64,000 bases of DNA from Candidatus Multivoradales bacterium (GCA_965223325.1 CBDCWI010000001.1:1-64000), one strand, 5' to 3'; counted from the first letter of the stretch, positions 44,378 through 54,514 are shown. Numbers and translations: made by a program. The notes: a model not told the origin generated them from the sequence alone.

Positions 44378-46177
44378 CTACACGAGGACGGGCTCTCGTT
44401 CGTCGTAAACTGAGCCCTGTGCCTCTGCGCGCATCCACGCTCCGATCGCCATGATCAGCGCCACGATGCCGTCGATCTTCTCGGCGGACCGGCCTTTGTC
44501 GGGTCGAATCTTCTCGTCGGGACTCTGTCGGACCACGACGTTCGAGGCCATCCAGGTGAGGACCGGGTTGTCGCCGTGCGCGATCTCGCCGGCGTAGACC
44601 TGGCGGCCGAGTTCCTCCATCGGGCCTGTCATCGCCTCGAACCCCTGCCCGTGCGGAACCATCTCGATGGCCTCTTGTTGTAGCTCGAGGACAAGCTGGT
44701 CCGCGTACGCCCGGTCGTAGGAAATCGACTGGACCGCGAACTGACCGATGATCTCGATAATCGACTCGCGGATGAAGGCGAAGTCCGTCGTCGCAGACGG
44801 AGTCGACACGATGGCGCCAGATCTAGACCATTCGACGTAGGGCACGCGGTCAACGTTCGAGCGCTCGACAATCTGCTGCTCGGGCGCCCAGAAATAGCTC
44901 AGGACTCGGGCGGGCTCTTCGTCTTCGAGCGGCGGGAAGTACAGAATCAGCGCCGAGAGGTCCTTTTTGCGTGCCAAATCGAGGGCACCGAAGCAAGGGC
45001 GCCCGCGAAGTTCCTCGAGATCGTTCCGACCAAGCTCGCGCGTACCGCAGCGCGCCCACCTCTCCATTTCGATCCACCGATCGACCGAGTTCACCCAGAC
45101 ATTGAGGTGGTAGCGCATGAACGACGACTTCGCGCCGACGCTGACCAGGGCCCGCTCGTAGGCCTCGAGGATGTTCTCCGGCTTCACCGATACGTTCCAG
45201 TTGGGATTTGCCTTGATCCAGCTTTTCTCCGCGTCCCAGGGATCGCCTTCGTCGATCGTCGCGATGTAGGCGAAGAATCGATCGTTCGTCATCGACCCCT
45301 CGAGCACCTTCTTGGCCATGGTGTGGAGTTCCCAGCCGATCGACTCGGGCTTGTACAGGCCCGCCGTGGTGATGCTCGAAAGCATGGGCTGCCGACGCGC
45401 ACCGGAAGCCGTGCGAATTACGTCGTACATCCCTCGGGTTTTGTGCTGGTGGAGCTCGTCGAGCAGCCCACCGTGGACGTTTAGGCCATCCTGCTTGTCG
45501 GAGTCCGACCCCAGGGGTTCGAACGAACTCGCGGTAGCCAGATCGTGGATGTTGGCGATGTAGACGCCTAGTCGGCTGCGCAGCGCCGGCGAGTTCTTCA
45601 CCATGAGGCGCGCACCGTCGAACATGATTTTCGCCTGCTGCTTCTTCGTGGCGGCCGAATAGACTTTCGCGCCGCCTTCCGGGCGGAAGACCCCGTCGGA
45701 CTCGACCAGGCCGTCGGCCTGCGTCAGGTAAAGGCCCTCGCCGGCAGCGGTCAGCGTTTTGCCGTTCTTGCGCGGCACCTCTTTGTAAGACTCCCGAAAC
45801 CGCCGGAAACCAGTGGCCTCGTCCACCCACCCATACGCGACCCCGTAGCAGAATTTCTGCCACAGCTCGAGCTGGATCAGCTTGCCAGCCCACTCGCCCT
45901 CGAAGTGCCGGCAATACCGCTCGATGTAGGTGACGATTCTGTCGGCTCGAGCGCCGTCGAAGACTAGGCCCCGCTGGCCGCCATCTTTGAGGTCGTCCAG
46001 GTGGCGCTGGCAAGCCAGGGATACCCATTTCGACGCGAGTACCTTGCCCTCGAGCACTTGGTTCGCGTACTCCACCTCCGGTCGGACTGGTTTCGAGTTG
46101 CGGCGCTTGCCTTTGGGCTTCTTTCGGCGGCTCTTCTTGGCCGATGACGCCTTCTTCTTCTTACGTCGCGCTGCCAC
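44378..46177 (-). CDS. terL: Terminase large subunit
   Basis: VPRKNGKT Walker A, GLLDELH Walker B, ITTAG, GALDLA, KIDGIVA. Confidence 0.97.
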   Translation of the reverse strand: MAARRKKKKASSAKKSRRKKPKGKRRNSKPVRPEVEYANQVLEGKVLASKWVSLACQRHLDDLKDGGQRGLVFDGARADRIVTYIERYCRHFEGEWAGKLIQLELWQKFCYGVAYGWVDEATGFRRFRESYKEVPRKNGKTLTAAGEGLYLTQADGLVESDGVFRPEGGAKVYSAATKKQQAKIMFDGARLMVKNSPALRSRLGVYIANIHDLATASSFEPLGSDSDKQDGLNVHGGLLDELHQHKTRGMYDVIRTASGARRQPMLSSITTAGLYKPESIGWELHTMAKKVLEGSMTNDRFFAYIATIDEGDPWDAEKSWIKANPNWNVSVKPENILEAYERALVSVGAKSSFMRYHLNVWVNSVDRWIEMERWARCGTRELGRNDLEELRGRPCFGALDLARKKDLSALILYFPPLEDEEPARVLSYFWAPEQQIVERSNVDRVPYVEWSRSGAIVSTPSATTDFAFIRESIIEIIGQFAVQSISYDRAYADQLVLELQQEAIEMVPHGQGFEAMTGPMEELGRQVYAGEIAHGDNPVLTWMASNVVVRQSPDEKIRPDKGRSAEKIDGIVALIMAIGAWMRAEAQGSVYDEREPVLV

Positions 46178-46616
46178 TGAGGAACTCGTCCAGGCCGTCC
46201 GATTCCTCGTCGCCAGTTTGCATCGCCAGCCTCAGTCGAGCGACTGGCGTGAGTCCGAATTCCGACGAAAAGCTGCGGAGGGCGCGTTCGGCGGCTCCCA
46301 GGACGAGCCGAGCCTCTCGGCGCTCCTCCAGTCCCCACTGTTCAGCGGCCCGAAAGTCCCTTTCGGCCTGTTGGTAGGCGGCGTAGCTCGAACAGTAGGC
46401 GGCGAAGTTCGCTAGGTCGAGGTCCGACAGGCACCCGAGCATCGCCAGCGGCTCGGCGAGGCGCTTCCACTCCGCTAGCGCCGCCTTCGAAAGCCACTTT
46501 GGGGGGTCGGGGACCGATGGGGCCGGCTTGAGCTCGTTCGCCGGCAGAGGTCGTCGGCCTGCGTTGCCCTGGACGAGCTTCAGGCCGGTCGGTTTGGGCT
46601 TGCGTCCACGTGCCAT
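46161..46616 (-). CDS. terS: Terminase small subunit (P27 family)
   Basis: RGRKPKPT.LK..GN.GRR, PP.WL...A..EW, EFGLTP..R. Confidence 0.93.
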   Translation of the reverse strand: MARGRKPKPTGLKLVQGNAGRRPLPANELKPAPSVPDPPKWLSKAALAEWKRLAEPLAMLGCLSDLDLANFAAYCSSYAAYQQAERDFRAAEQWGLEERREARLVLGAAERALRSFSSEFGLTPVARLRLAMQTGDEESDGLDEFLSGSAT

Positions 46617-46644
46617 CGCTCCACCAATATACGAAAAACGACAC

Positions 46645-46718
46645 CTCAATTTCGCGCATGCACACTCGCGGCGGTCGTGTCCGCAGAGGTCGCGTCAGCT
46701 CCAGAGATTCGAACCCCC
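46645..46718 (-). other. Putative cos packaging site
   Basis: GGGGGTTCGAATCTCT...GACCGCCGCGAG...GCGCGAAATT just upstream of terS, like HK97/P27-type cos regions; exact cut site unknown. Confidence 0.6.
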
Positions 46719-47138
46719 TACCACTCCCTCCACGAGTGGCAGCCAAGCCACCAGGTCGTCGCCTTGACTTATCCGCACATCGGCGATGCACGACCAATGA
46801 TGGTCCGACAGCGAGCGAGCGCGGTTATCGCTAGAGAACGACACCAGCTCAACACCACCCACGCCAACAGCCCGCAGGGGAGGCATGGTCCCGTCTGGCG
46901 CTGGAAAGTGGAATCCCTCGAGCGTTGGCATGCCATCGAAATAGTTGGCGTACCTCCCACTAGCCTGGCGAACGGCACAGACGTGGTGCCACCCGTCCCC
47001 TACCCTTTGCCAGAACTCGAGTTTCAAGGCAGGGCTCCCAACCGGCGGCTTAGCCTCAACTTGCCCCATCGGCAGATACTCAGCCAGGGGCAAGAGCGCT
47101 GCCAGGGCCAGCGAGCGAAGGAAGCTACGACGCTTCAG
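46695..47138 (-). CDS. Phage protein with a Tat-like signal, probable CTG start
   Basis: ORF 46695-47093 extends 15 codons upstream to a CTG overlapping the previous TGA: KRRSFLRSLALAALLP. Confidence 0.55.
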   Translation of the reverse strand: MKRRSFLRSLALAALLPLAEYLPMGQVEAKPPVGSPALKLEFWQRVGDGWHHVCAVRQASGRYANYFDGMPTLEGFHFPAPDGTMPPLRAVGVGGVELVSFSSDNRARSLSDHHWSCIADVRISQGDDLVAWLPLVEGVVGGSNLWS

Positions 47139-47395
47139 TCGATTGATCCACCATACAGGGACGGCCTTCGGGTGAGTTCCTGCCCTACTACCTGTTCCAC
47201 CCTGCGGTGCAGTGCCTCACCGAAATCCGCACGATCGACCGGCGACTCGTCGAGGTCAACGACAACCACCTGTCCATCAAGGTGTTGGTCACATTGTTCG
47301 CAACTCACCCACGCGCGTCGGCATCCGGCTTGAACGTCGATCACAGCGAGGAGTCGGTGGCCGGCGGCACTCTCTAGTCTTAGCAGCTCACTCAT
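47135..47395 (-). CDS. Hypothetical protein (copy 2)
   Basis: Same as 426-686. Confidence 0.6.
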   Translation of the reverse strand: MSELLRLESAAGHRLLAVIDVQAGCRRAWVSCEQCDQHLDGQVVVVDLDESPVDRADFGEALHRRVEQVVGQELTRRPSLYGGSID

Positions 47396-47405
47396 GGCCC
47401 CAATC

Positions 47406-47696
47406 CTACCCCGGGTAGAACGCCCGGTCACGCCGGCCCAGGTTGCAGGGCTTGCACGTACCCCGAAGGTTGTCCTGGGCGTTGGTGCCGCCCTCTGAGA
47501 CGGGGACGATGTGGTCCACCTGGGCGCTGGGTGCCAGGCCGCAGATGCAGCAGATGGGGTCCCGGCGCAGGATCGCTGCGCGGAGTGTGCGCCAGGCACG
47601 GGTGGAGCCGCGGCGGCGGCCTACTCCTTGAACGGGTAGTCCTCTATCGCAACCTGACTGAACACATGCCTGTCGAGCGTTGTGTCGAACTCGCAT
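47406..47696 (-). CDS. HNH endonuclease (copy 2)
   Basis: Same as 697-987. Confidence 0.85.
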   Translation of the reverse strand: MRVRHNARQACVQSGCDRGLPVQGVGRRRGSTRAWRTLRAAILRRDPICCICGLAPSAQVDHIVPVSEGGTNAQDNLRGTCKPCNLGRRDRAFYPG

Positions 47697-48304
47697 ATAG
47701 CGCAGCGGGTCTTGGTTAGGATGTCGCGAAAGACGATTCCGAACTCTCCCCGGCGATTGCCAGCGAGCTTGCACCTAACGTGCGGCGACTCCGATTTTCC
47801 AGGCATGAAGGTCCTCGCCTTGAGTTCCTCCACGACGCACCGCTGTACCCCAGCTCTGTGGCGGTCGACAAGCTCGACAAACTCGATGACCTCCACCCCG
47901 CCCGGTCCCTTGTTGACGAGAAGGAACTCCACCGTCTCGGCCGCCGCCCCTCCAATGGCCTTCTTCGGCCTGAAGTACGGCTGGTACTGCGCCTCGGTCA
48001 ACTTTCTGGCCTGCTTCATCTCGAAGCGCTGCTCCCTGATCTCCTCCTTCTGGAGACTCAGTGACCCCCAGAGCAGTGCGAAGGCCAGGCCCGAGAACAG
48101 GACTCCAAGGGCGCCGAACGCGTCTCCGTAGAGGGCTCTCGTCGCGATGTCGTCGCTAACCGGTGCAACACCGGGCAGGAACAAGAAGAAGGCCCACAGG
48201 AGCCACAGGACTACGACGAAGATCAGGACGTTCTTGAGGGACAGTACCCGCTCCAGCTTCGAGGCTCCCTGCTCGTCCTCCCTCTTGTCAGCGCTCGACT
48301 TCAT
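47621..48304 (-). CDS. Abi-like membrane protein (copy 2)
   Basis: Same as 912-1595. Confidence 0.7.
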   Translation of the reverse strand: MKSSADKREDEQGASKLERVLSLKNVLIFVVVLWLLWAFFLFLPGVAPVSDDIATRALYGDAFGALGVLFSGLAFALLWGSLSLQKEEIREQRFEMKQARKLTEAQYQPYFRPKKAIGGAAAETVEFLLVNKGPGGVEVIEFVELVDRHRAGVQRCVVEELKARTFMPGKSESPHVRCKLAGNRRGEFGIVFRDILTKTRCAICEFDTTLDRHVFSQVAIEDYPFKE

Positions 48305-48819
48305 ATCGGTTTGACGGCCTGGAACTTCGCCAGGTTGTCGCCCTTCAGCGTCCAGGGTGGGAGGCGGGCCCTCGAGGTCTCCACCTGAACGACGATCGAC
48401 TCGGCAGCTGCGAGGACTCGCTCCCAGGTAGAGAGCCCAAGCGAGCAAAGATGCACCTCGAGATCTATCGTCTGAATCTCGGAAAAGGAGCAGTCTTTGA
48501 AGATCGTTGGGGCACCGCCATCGATCGCCATCGCCACCGCGAGGACCTTCGCTGAACCAGGCCCTCCGCCGATCTTGACTAGCACGCCGTAGAGATCTTT
48601 GCCGTCTGCCCTGAGGGCCATTGATGCCGTCAGCAGTTCGTCGCGGTTGAGCTGAAAGGCGTCAGGGCCACCGCTGGCCATGACCCAGTCGCCCTGAAGT
48701 TGCCGCGCAACGCCTGCTTCGGCGAAGAGGTCCTCCTGTGTTGCCGAGGGCTGCGCGCTGAACAGTAGGACGCCGAGAACTGCAAGGCCTTGAGCCCAAA
48801 GGGGTTTACCCGTTTTCAT
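48301..48819 (-). CDS. Exported moron protein (copy 2)
   Basis: Same as 1592-2110. Confidence 0.7.
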   Translation of the reverse strand: MKTGKPLWAQGLAVLGVLLFSAQPSATQEDLFAEAGVARQLQGDWVMASGGPDAFQLNRDELLTASMALRADGKDLYGVLVKIGGGPGSAKVLAVAMAIDGGAPTIFKDCSFSEIQTIDLEVHLCSLGLSTWERVLAAAESIVVQVETSRARLPPWTLKGDNLAKFQAVKPI

Positions 48820-49073
48820 CGTTTTTATCGTCCTTCGAGCTGCGGAATCGTGCTCGTAATGCTAAGGTCTCGACTCATCCAGGATATGTCTTCTGCGCAT
48901 TTCTTCCTATCTCTCTGCTGCTTGCTTGTTCCGGTCCGAAAACCCCAAACTACTCAGATTTCTCGAGGCACGGCACATCATGGCGGTAAGAGCGAAGACC
49001 TGGAAGGAGGTGGCCGGACTGGTCACTGCCCTGAGCAAGCTACAAGCTTTTGAGGGCAACGACGGAAAGGCGA

Positions 49074-49400
49074 TCATTCGGCGATGCTCTCGGCGTGCTG
49101 ACGACGAGCCATCTTCTCCACAGCATCCCGAATCTCGCGAATCGTCAGCGCCAAGTCCTCATCGGAGGGCGCATAGCCCATAACGACCGCCAGGTCGCCG
49201 ATGTCCGCTCCCATCGCGTGGAGTAGACGAAAAAGCACGTCGACGGTCATACCCGATCGACCATGCTCATACTTGGAGAGGTTGGCTGGCGGAACTCCCG
49301 CCAGCTCAGCGACTTGCCGCTGACTGCGGGACGCGCGCAGATGCGTAAGGGCCTCCCCCAAGGCCAAATTCAGCTCGTTCCCCGAGAGCATCTTGGTCAT
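49074..49400 (-). CDS. CI-like repressor (copy 2)
   Basis: Same as 2365-2691. Confidence 0.85.
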   Translation of the reverse strand: MTKMLSGNELNLALGEALTHLRASRSQRQVAELAGVPPANLSKYEHGRSGMTVDVLFRLLHAMGADIGDLAVVMGYAPSDEDLALTIREIRDAVEKMARRQHAESIAE

Positions 49401-49495
49401 ACGACCAAGTCTAGTCTCTGGGGAACCAACCCACCAACGTTGATATCGCCAACTATGGTGTTGACATCGCCATCGCCTCAATCTAAGATGGCGGT

Positions 49496-49741
49496 ATGGA
49501 CACGAATCTAGTTGATCTCGACACCATACCCGCAAACGAGCGGCTCCGAGTATGGAGGGCTCTTGAACGCTTGACCCTCATCGAGGCCGGCGAACGGTTG
49601 AGTTGTGACCGGGCCAATCTGAGTCGATACGAGTGCGCGCGAACGAGGCCCTCGCTCGAAACCGCGGCCCGAATCGAAGCCGCGACAGGCATCCCGGTCC
49701 GGGCCTGGCTAGACGTTGAGCTACAGAAGCGAACGGCCTGA
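49496..49741 (+). CDS. Cro-like regulator (copy 2)
   Basis: Same as 2787-3032. Confidence 0.85.
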   Translation: MDTNLVDLDTIPANERLRVWRALERLTLIEAGERLSCDRANLSRYECARTRPSLETAARIEAATGIPVRAWLDVELQKRTA

Positions 49742-49812
49742 GGTGCTGACACACCTCAGGCCGGTCTGAATCCGAAGAACCACCAGTTGGATAAACGAAG
49801 GAGGGCTCCCGA

Positions 49813-50031
49813 ATGAACCAACGATACCAAACCCACCCCAGGCGGAAGGAAACCACAGTGGTTGTCTGTCCCCACGGATGCGGCCGCGCAAGGCGAAAGA
49901 ACGGCACCTGGACGGCGGTCACCGCGACCGCGATCGAGAACCTGCGCCGCAGCGCCCGGCGGGGCCTCATCTGCACCAGTGACTGCCCCTGTCCCGACTG
50001 TGTTCGCCACCTCTACCGGACGGCAGCATGA
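49813..50031 (+). CDS. Cys-rich hypothetical protein (copy 2)
   Basis: Same as 3104-3322. Confidence 0.7.
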   Translation: MNQRYQTHPRRKETTVVVCPHGCGRARRKNGTWTAVTATAIENLRRSARRGLICTSDCPCPDCVRHLYRTAA

Positions 50032-50333
50032 TGACGGCGCCAGAGCTGGTCTTCTCGCCCGAGGAGCTTCTCCGTGTTGCGGCACGGAGCGCTACCGCTC
50101 CAACGAAGCAGCAGCCATCATCAGCCGACTCCGTGCACATTGGTGAGCTCGTGTGGCTCCTGGTCGGTAACTGGTGGTACCGGGGCATCATCGAGAGTCT
50201 TGAAGTCGGCGCCGCCGGCGCGTGTCGAGTTGCCTTCGTCAAGCCTGAGGACGACGACGAGGCGCTCCGGACGCATCAGATGTTCCGCTACCTCGACGAG
50301 CTGCGGATCGACCCGAAGGAGGTGCCCGAATGA
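50028..50333 (+). CDS. Hypothetical protein (copy 2)
   Basis: Same as 3319-3624. Confidence 0.65.
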   Translation: MMTAPELVFSPEELLRVAARSATAPTKQQPSSADSVHIGELVWLLVGNWWYRGIIESLEVGAAGACRVAFVKPEDDDEALRTHQMFRYLDELRIDPKEVPE

Positions 50334-50974
50334 TGGACTTCTGGCTTGCGGCCTTCGTCTTCATCGCCGGCCTCGTCACAGGCGGAGTCGGCGTCTACTA
50401 CCCCGCCTACCATCGCGGGCTCGTCTCTGGGCGGGAGATCTGGCAGGGGAAGATCCGGCGCGCCAGACAGCGCCAGCATGGCGCCCTGGTGGGTCTTCTG
50501 ATCCTCTTCATCCTCCCCGCCGTTGCCGACGCACAACTGTCGCGCAACCACATCGTCGAACTCGGAATTCGATCGTGTGACCCCTCCGCCGCGAACTGCC
50601 TGGCCGATGGGCGCTGGGAAGTGATCGTGATCGAGAACCCGACGAACCTCATGACGGAGTCCTTCCGCTCGGCGACCTACCAGGCGCTGGAAACGAAGCC
50701 GCTCGAGGCGGGTGGCGTGCATGCGGTGGCCTGGGAGTCAGGGCCCCTGCAGCCGGTCGGGATGGTGTCCATCACGGACGACTGCGCGCGCACCGGTTTC
50801 GTGCGGGTGCGGATCGCCGGCGCCACGTTTCGTGCGACAGAGATCCACGTGGTCGACAACGAGACGTCGCTGCTCCGGACGTACTTCGGCTACGCCGCGG
50901 GCGAGCACGGTCGTTGGTCCACGGCTCCGCCTGTGTTTCGCGACGCCGAAGCGTTGCCTTGTGCCCCAAATTGA
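50330..50974 (+). CDS. Membrane or exported protein (copy 2)
   Basis: Same as 3621-4265. Confidence 0.7.
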   Translation: MMDFWLAAFVFIAGLVTGGVGVYYPAYHRGLVSGREIWQGKIRRARQRQHGALVGLLILFILPAVADAQLSRNHIVELGIRSCDPSAANCLADGRWEVIVIENPTNLMTESFRSATYQALETKPLEAGGVHAVAWESGPLQPVGMVSITDDCARTGFVRVRIAGATFRATEIHVVDNETSLLRTYFGYAAGEHGRWSTAPPVFRDAEALPCAPN

Positions 50975-51000
50975 AATCCGAAACCGAAAGGAACCGCACC

Positions 51001-51375
51001 GTGCCCGGAAGATGGTCCCACCTGTACGACAGCAAGTATCTGAACTCCGATGACCTCGCCCAGGAGTACACCACCGTTCGCATCGAGTCGGTCGGCCCCG
51101 AGATGATCTACCAGGGCCACGGAAAGCCAGACGAGGAGCTTCTATGCCTCTCCTTTGCCGGGACCAGAAAGCGACTCGTGCTGAGAAAGACCACCTACTA
51201 CCAGCTGGTCGACCTGCTTGGCGAGATCGAAGACGAGTGGGTTGGCCAGAAGGTCCGGCTGTGGAAGACCAAGGTCAAGGCGTTTGGAGAGATGGTCTGG
51301 GCGATCCGGTTCAAGGGTGTTGCCGCGGGAGAAGATCCGCCCAGGCCGGAACCTGAGCCGCGAGGTCGCGAGTGA
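51001..51375 (+). CDS. SSB-like protein (copy 2)
   Basis: Same as 4292-4666. Confidence 0.65.
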   Translation: MPGRWSHLYDSKYLNSDDLAQEYTTVRIESVGPEMIYQGHGKPDEELLCLSFAGTRKRLVLRKTTYYQLVDLLGEIEDEWVGQKVRLWKTKVKAFGEMVWAIRFKGVAAGEDPPRPEPEPRGRE

Positions 51376-51701
51376 TGCAACAGAGCAAGCTCGTTCTAAC
51401 CGCCCCGATCGTCCACCGCACCGACCCCCTCTCGAGCTTCCAGGCGGCCGAGAAGAAGGACCGAAGCGGCACCCGTGTGAAACACGCCGAGATCGTTCTG
51501 GGCCTGGTCAAGCTCCGGCCTGGTCGGACAGCGGCGGAGCTCGCCGCCGGCACTGGAGCGATATGCGTCGACGACACGCGCCGGCTCATGGAGGTGAGGC
51601 GCAGGCTCTCTGACCTCAAAGAGGACGAGTACATCCGCCGAGGTGAGGCACGCAGGTGCTCTGTCCTCGGCTCTAACACAGCTACATGGTGGCCTTTATG
51701 A
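51372..51701 (+). CDS. wHTH protein (copy 2)
   Basis: Same as 4663-4992. Confidence 0.7.
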   Translation: MMQQSKLVLTAPIVHRTDPLSSFQAAEKKDRSGTRVKHAEIVLGLVKLRPGRTAAELAAGTGAICVDDTRRLMEVRRRLSDLKEDEYIRRGEARRCSVLGSNTATWWPL

Positions 51702-52036
51702 CCCAGACAATCGACAATCTCCCGACTCTCGACACCATCATGGAGGGTGCGCTCCTCGACCGCTTCCAGTCAGCGCTCCTAACCGTGCTGGCGAACATCG
51801 ACGACCCGAACACCGAGCACGGCTCGATTCGGAAGATCAAGATGATCGTGTCGTTCAAGCCGGATGCCGAACGCGTCGCACCCAAGATGAAGATCTCGGT
51901 CGACACCGTGCTAGCCCCAGACGCCCCGCTGGAGCGGACTGTCTTCGCTGGTACCGAGAAGGGCCAGTACGTGATGTACGACCACAATCCCAACCAGTTG
52001 CGCCTGGGTGTCGATGACACCTCGGGATCAAACTGA
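51698..52036 (+). CDS. Conserved phage protein (copy 2)
   Basis: Same as 4989-5327. Confidence 0.7.
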   Translation: MTQTIDNLPTLDTIMEGALLDRFQSALLTVLANIDDPNTEHGSIRKIKMIVSFKPDAERVAPKMKISVDTVLAPDAPLERTVFAGTEKGQYVMYDHNPNQLRLGVDDTSGSN

Positions 52037-52049
52037 GAGGAGGCCGAAG

Positions 52050-52757
52050 ATGCTTGAGAGCTTCGCGAGATTCCTTGAAGAGCGCCGAGCGCCCGCGGTC
52101 ATCGAGGGCACCGAGTTTTTCACTGCCCAGCCCTGGCGAGCCCCTGGTCCGCCGGCGGCGTCATCTCTGGGTGTGTCAACCCTCACGGCCGTAACTAGCT
52201 ACTTGAGAGACAACCGAGACGCTCTTGACCTCAAGAAGGCGGTCTTCGCTCACATCGAGTCCCCGAACCAGGTCTCGATCGTCGGAACCCTGAGGGGTGA
52301 TCGAACGCGTGAGGAGTTTCTGATTGCAAAGTGCTCTGATCTCGCCGACGACCTCCTGGGCCGCTGGCGGCCTCGTGAGGAGTTCCAGATCCAGCTTATG
52401 ACCCGGTTCGCTCCGAACGATCAGCTCGACGAGCTCGTCAAGCTCGTTGGCAACATCCACTCCGGCGCCACACGAAAGGTCACTGATGACGGGGTATCGC
52501 AAGAGGTCACAGTCCAGAAAACAGTTGGCTCTGTCGAGCGCAGAAAGCTGGGCGGCCGATTCTCTCTACGCCCCCACCGCAGCTTCCCGGAAATCGAGCC
52601 GACTGAACAGGTATTCCTGTTTCGGATCAAGGACACGGGCACAGACATCTCCTGCTGTCTGTTTGAAGCCGACGGCGGTCGGTGGAAGGTCCCGGCGATC
52701 GCGGCGATCGCGGAATACCTCGTCGAGAGCGGGCTCCCGGTCCCCGTCATTGGATGA
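52050..52757 (+). CDS. Conserved phage protein (copy 2)
   Basis: Same as 5341-6048. Confidence 0.75.
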   Translation: MLESFARFLEERRAPAVIEGTEFFTAQPWRAPGPPAASSLGVSTLTAVTSYLRDNRDALDLKKAVFAHIESPNQVSIVGTLRGDRTREEFLIAKCSDLADDLLGRWRPREEFQIQLMTRFAPNDQLDELVKLVGNIHSGATRKVTDDGVSQEVTVQKTVGSVERRKLGGRFSLRPHRSFPEIEPTEQVFLFRIKDTGTDISCCLFEADGGRWKVPAIAAIAEYLVESGLPVPVIG

Positions 52758-53002
52758 GTGGCTCCGCCTACAACCCCAGCCAGGACGAGAGCCCTGGCAT
52801 CGTGCGGGGTAAGCACCGGATCACTCGGGGGCTCTACTACGAGCAGGGTGTCATGCAGCGAATGGTCAAGATCGTCGGCCGCAGCGGCGAGACGTCTGGC
52901 TGTGGCCGGTTCGAGACCTGCAAGGTCGAGATCGAGCCCGGGGTGCTGGCGGACCGCCAGGTGCTGGTGAACTCGATCATCACCTCGAGGAGTATGTCTT
53001 GA
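52754..53002 (+). CDS. Hypothetical protein (copy 2)
   Basis: Same as 6045-6293. Confidence 0.55.
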   Translation: MSGSAYNPSQDESPGIVRGKHRITRGLYYEQGVMQRMVKIVGRSGETSGCGRFETCKVEIEPGVLADRQVLVNSIITSRSMS

Positions 53003-54048
53003 GTGACCGCGACCGTGGCATCTATCGGCGGGTCTTCGTGAGGATCTGGAACCATCCGACGTTCATAGGTTTCGAGAACGACGCCCGGCTCCTGTTCCTC
53101 ATGTTCATGACCCACCCGAAAATGACTCGGCTCGGGGTGATGGAGATGGCCCTGTCCACCATGTGCCGCCAGGCGAAGCTCTCGAAGTCCGGGCTCGAGA
53201 GTGCACTGGCCGAACTCGAGGGCTCAGGTTGGGCCGAGTGGGACGAGGAAAACGAGCTTGTTCGGCTCCCGCGTTTCCTCGAACACAACCCCCCCGAGAA
53301 CCCCAACGTCGCGAAGAGTCTGGGTCACATTCTTGACTCGCTTCCCCGGGTCGACCTGGTGTTCCGGCAGCTGAAGACTGCCGCGGAAGCCTTTCAGAAT
53401 CTCTCGGAGCCGACCTCTCGCGCCTTCGCAAACGCCCTGCCAGGCTGGGCCCGAAAGGCTTTGCCCAACCCTTTAGAAAAGCCTTTGCCAGACCCTTCCG
53501 GAGACCCTTCACCAAAGCCTATGGCAAATAGGGAAGAGGGAAGAGGGATAAGGGATAAGGGAAGAGGGAAGAGGGAAGAGGGATTCCGGAGGGGCTCCCC
53601 CGAGGACGAAGAACAATTTCTAGACAGTGAATACTCGGAGAGTCTGGATTCGCTTCTCGGCCTGTGGCCCGAGCCACACCGGCCGATGTCGCCGGCGGCC
53701 GTCTCGAGGGTGCAGCGCGAGTTCGTGCTGGCGGCAGATGCGGCACACGGACCGCACCGGCTGACCGAGAACGGCGCGGCATATCTCGCGTTCTGCGAGA
53801 TGACCGATCGGCCGGTGAGGTCGGTCCTGAACTGGGTGAAAGACCCGGAGACGTACGCAGAGGACTGGCTGGCGAAAGCTGCGGCGGCGGCGCGCAACCC
53901 ACCCAAGAGCAGGGATCGAGTCACGGCGCAGTTCGAGATGGAGCAGCAGGCGATCAGGGGCAACCAACCAACACCGGAGCCGGAAATGTCGGATGAGCAG
54001 AGGGCGGCGATAGCCGAAGCTCTTGCCGAAAGGCAGGGTGCGGCATGA
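52999..54048 (+). CDS. Replication initiator (copy 2)
   Basis: Same as 6290-7339. Confidence 0.75.
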   Translation: MSDRDRGIYRRVFVRIWNHPTFIGFENDARLLFLMFMTHPKMTRLGVMEMALSTMCRQAKLSKSGLESALAELEGSGWAEWDEENELVRLPRFLEHNPPENPNVAKSLGHILDSLPRVDLVFRQLKTAAEAFQNLSEPTSRAFANALPGWARKALPNPLEKPLPDPSGDPSPKPMANREEGRGIRDKGRGKREEGFRRGSPEDEEQFLDSEYSESLDSLLGLWPEPHRPMSPAAVSRVQREFVLAADAAHGPHRLTENGAAYLAFCEMTDRPVRSVLNWVKDPETYAEDWLAKAAAAARNPPKSRDRVTAQFEMEQQAIRGNQPTPEPEMSDEQRAAIAEALAERQGAA

Positions 54049-54257
54049 GGCTCAACGAGTACGCCGTTTGCGTCGAGTGCGACGCCCTGGTCGAGGTTGA
54101 CCGCGAGGGCGGCTGCTGGTCCTGCTGCTCGACCTCGCTGCTTCCGCTCGAGGTGCTCGCTGGGCGCGTGCGATTGGTGCCTGTCCAGGACTGGAAACGC
54201 CGGGAGCCGCTCGAGGCTGTGGGGCGCCCTGAGCTTCTTACGGAGGCGGCTTCATGA
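54045..54257 (+). CDS. Zn-ribbon protein (copy 2)
   Basis: Same as 7336-7548. Confidence 0.6.
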   Translation: MRLNEYAVCVECDALVEVDREGGCWSCCSTSLLPLEVLAGRVRLVPVQDWKRREPLEAVGRPELLTEAAS

Positions 54258-54514
54258 ACATCTCAGGAATCACCGATCTGCTCGAGCGCTGCGAGCGCGA
54301 AGGCGTGGACGTGGCAAACGCACTTCGGGTCATGGATGACCCCATCGCAGCAGCCAAGAAGCTGGAACAGCTTCGGGCCGAGCGCGATTTTCTGAAGGGC
54401 GAGGTAGAGAACTCTCGCCGGCTCGAGGGGCTGCGCCGGCGCGAAACGGCAGCCGGTGACGCCGGCATTCTTGGGCCGGTGGTTCTTCCGCCGATTCCTG
54501 GAGGACAGGTATGA
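54254..54514 (+). CDS. Hypothetical protein (copy 2)
   Basis: Same as 7545-7805. Confidence 0.6.
   Translation: MNISGITDLLERCEREGVDVANALRVMDDPIAAAKKLEQLRAERDFLKGEVENSRRLEGLRRRETAAGDAGILGPVVLPPIPGGQV

Noticed and set aside
46690-46770. tRNA suggested by GGTTCGAATC on the minus strand (also at position 1)
   Set aside because: No acceptor, D or anticodon stems; it fits a cos-region motif and a CDS end.
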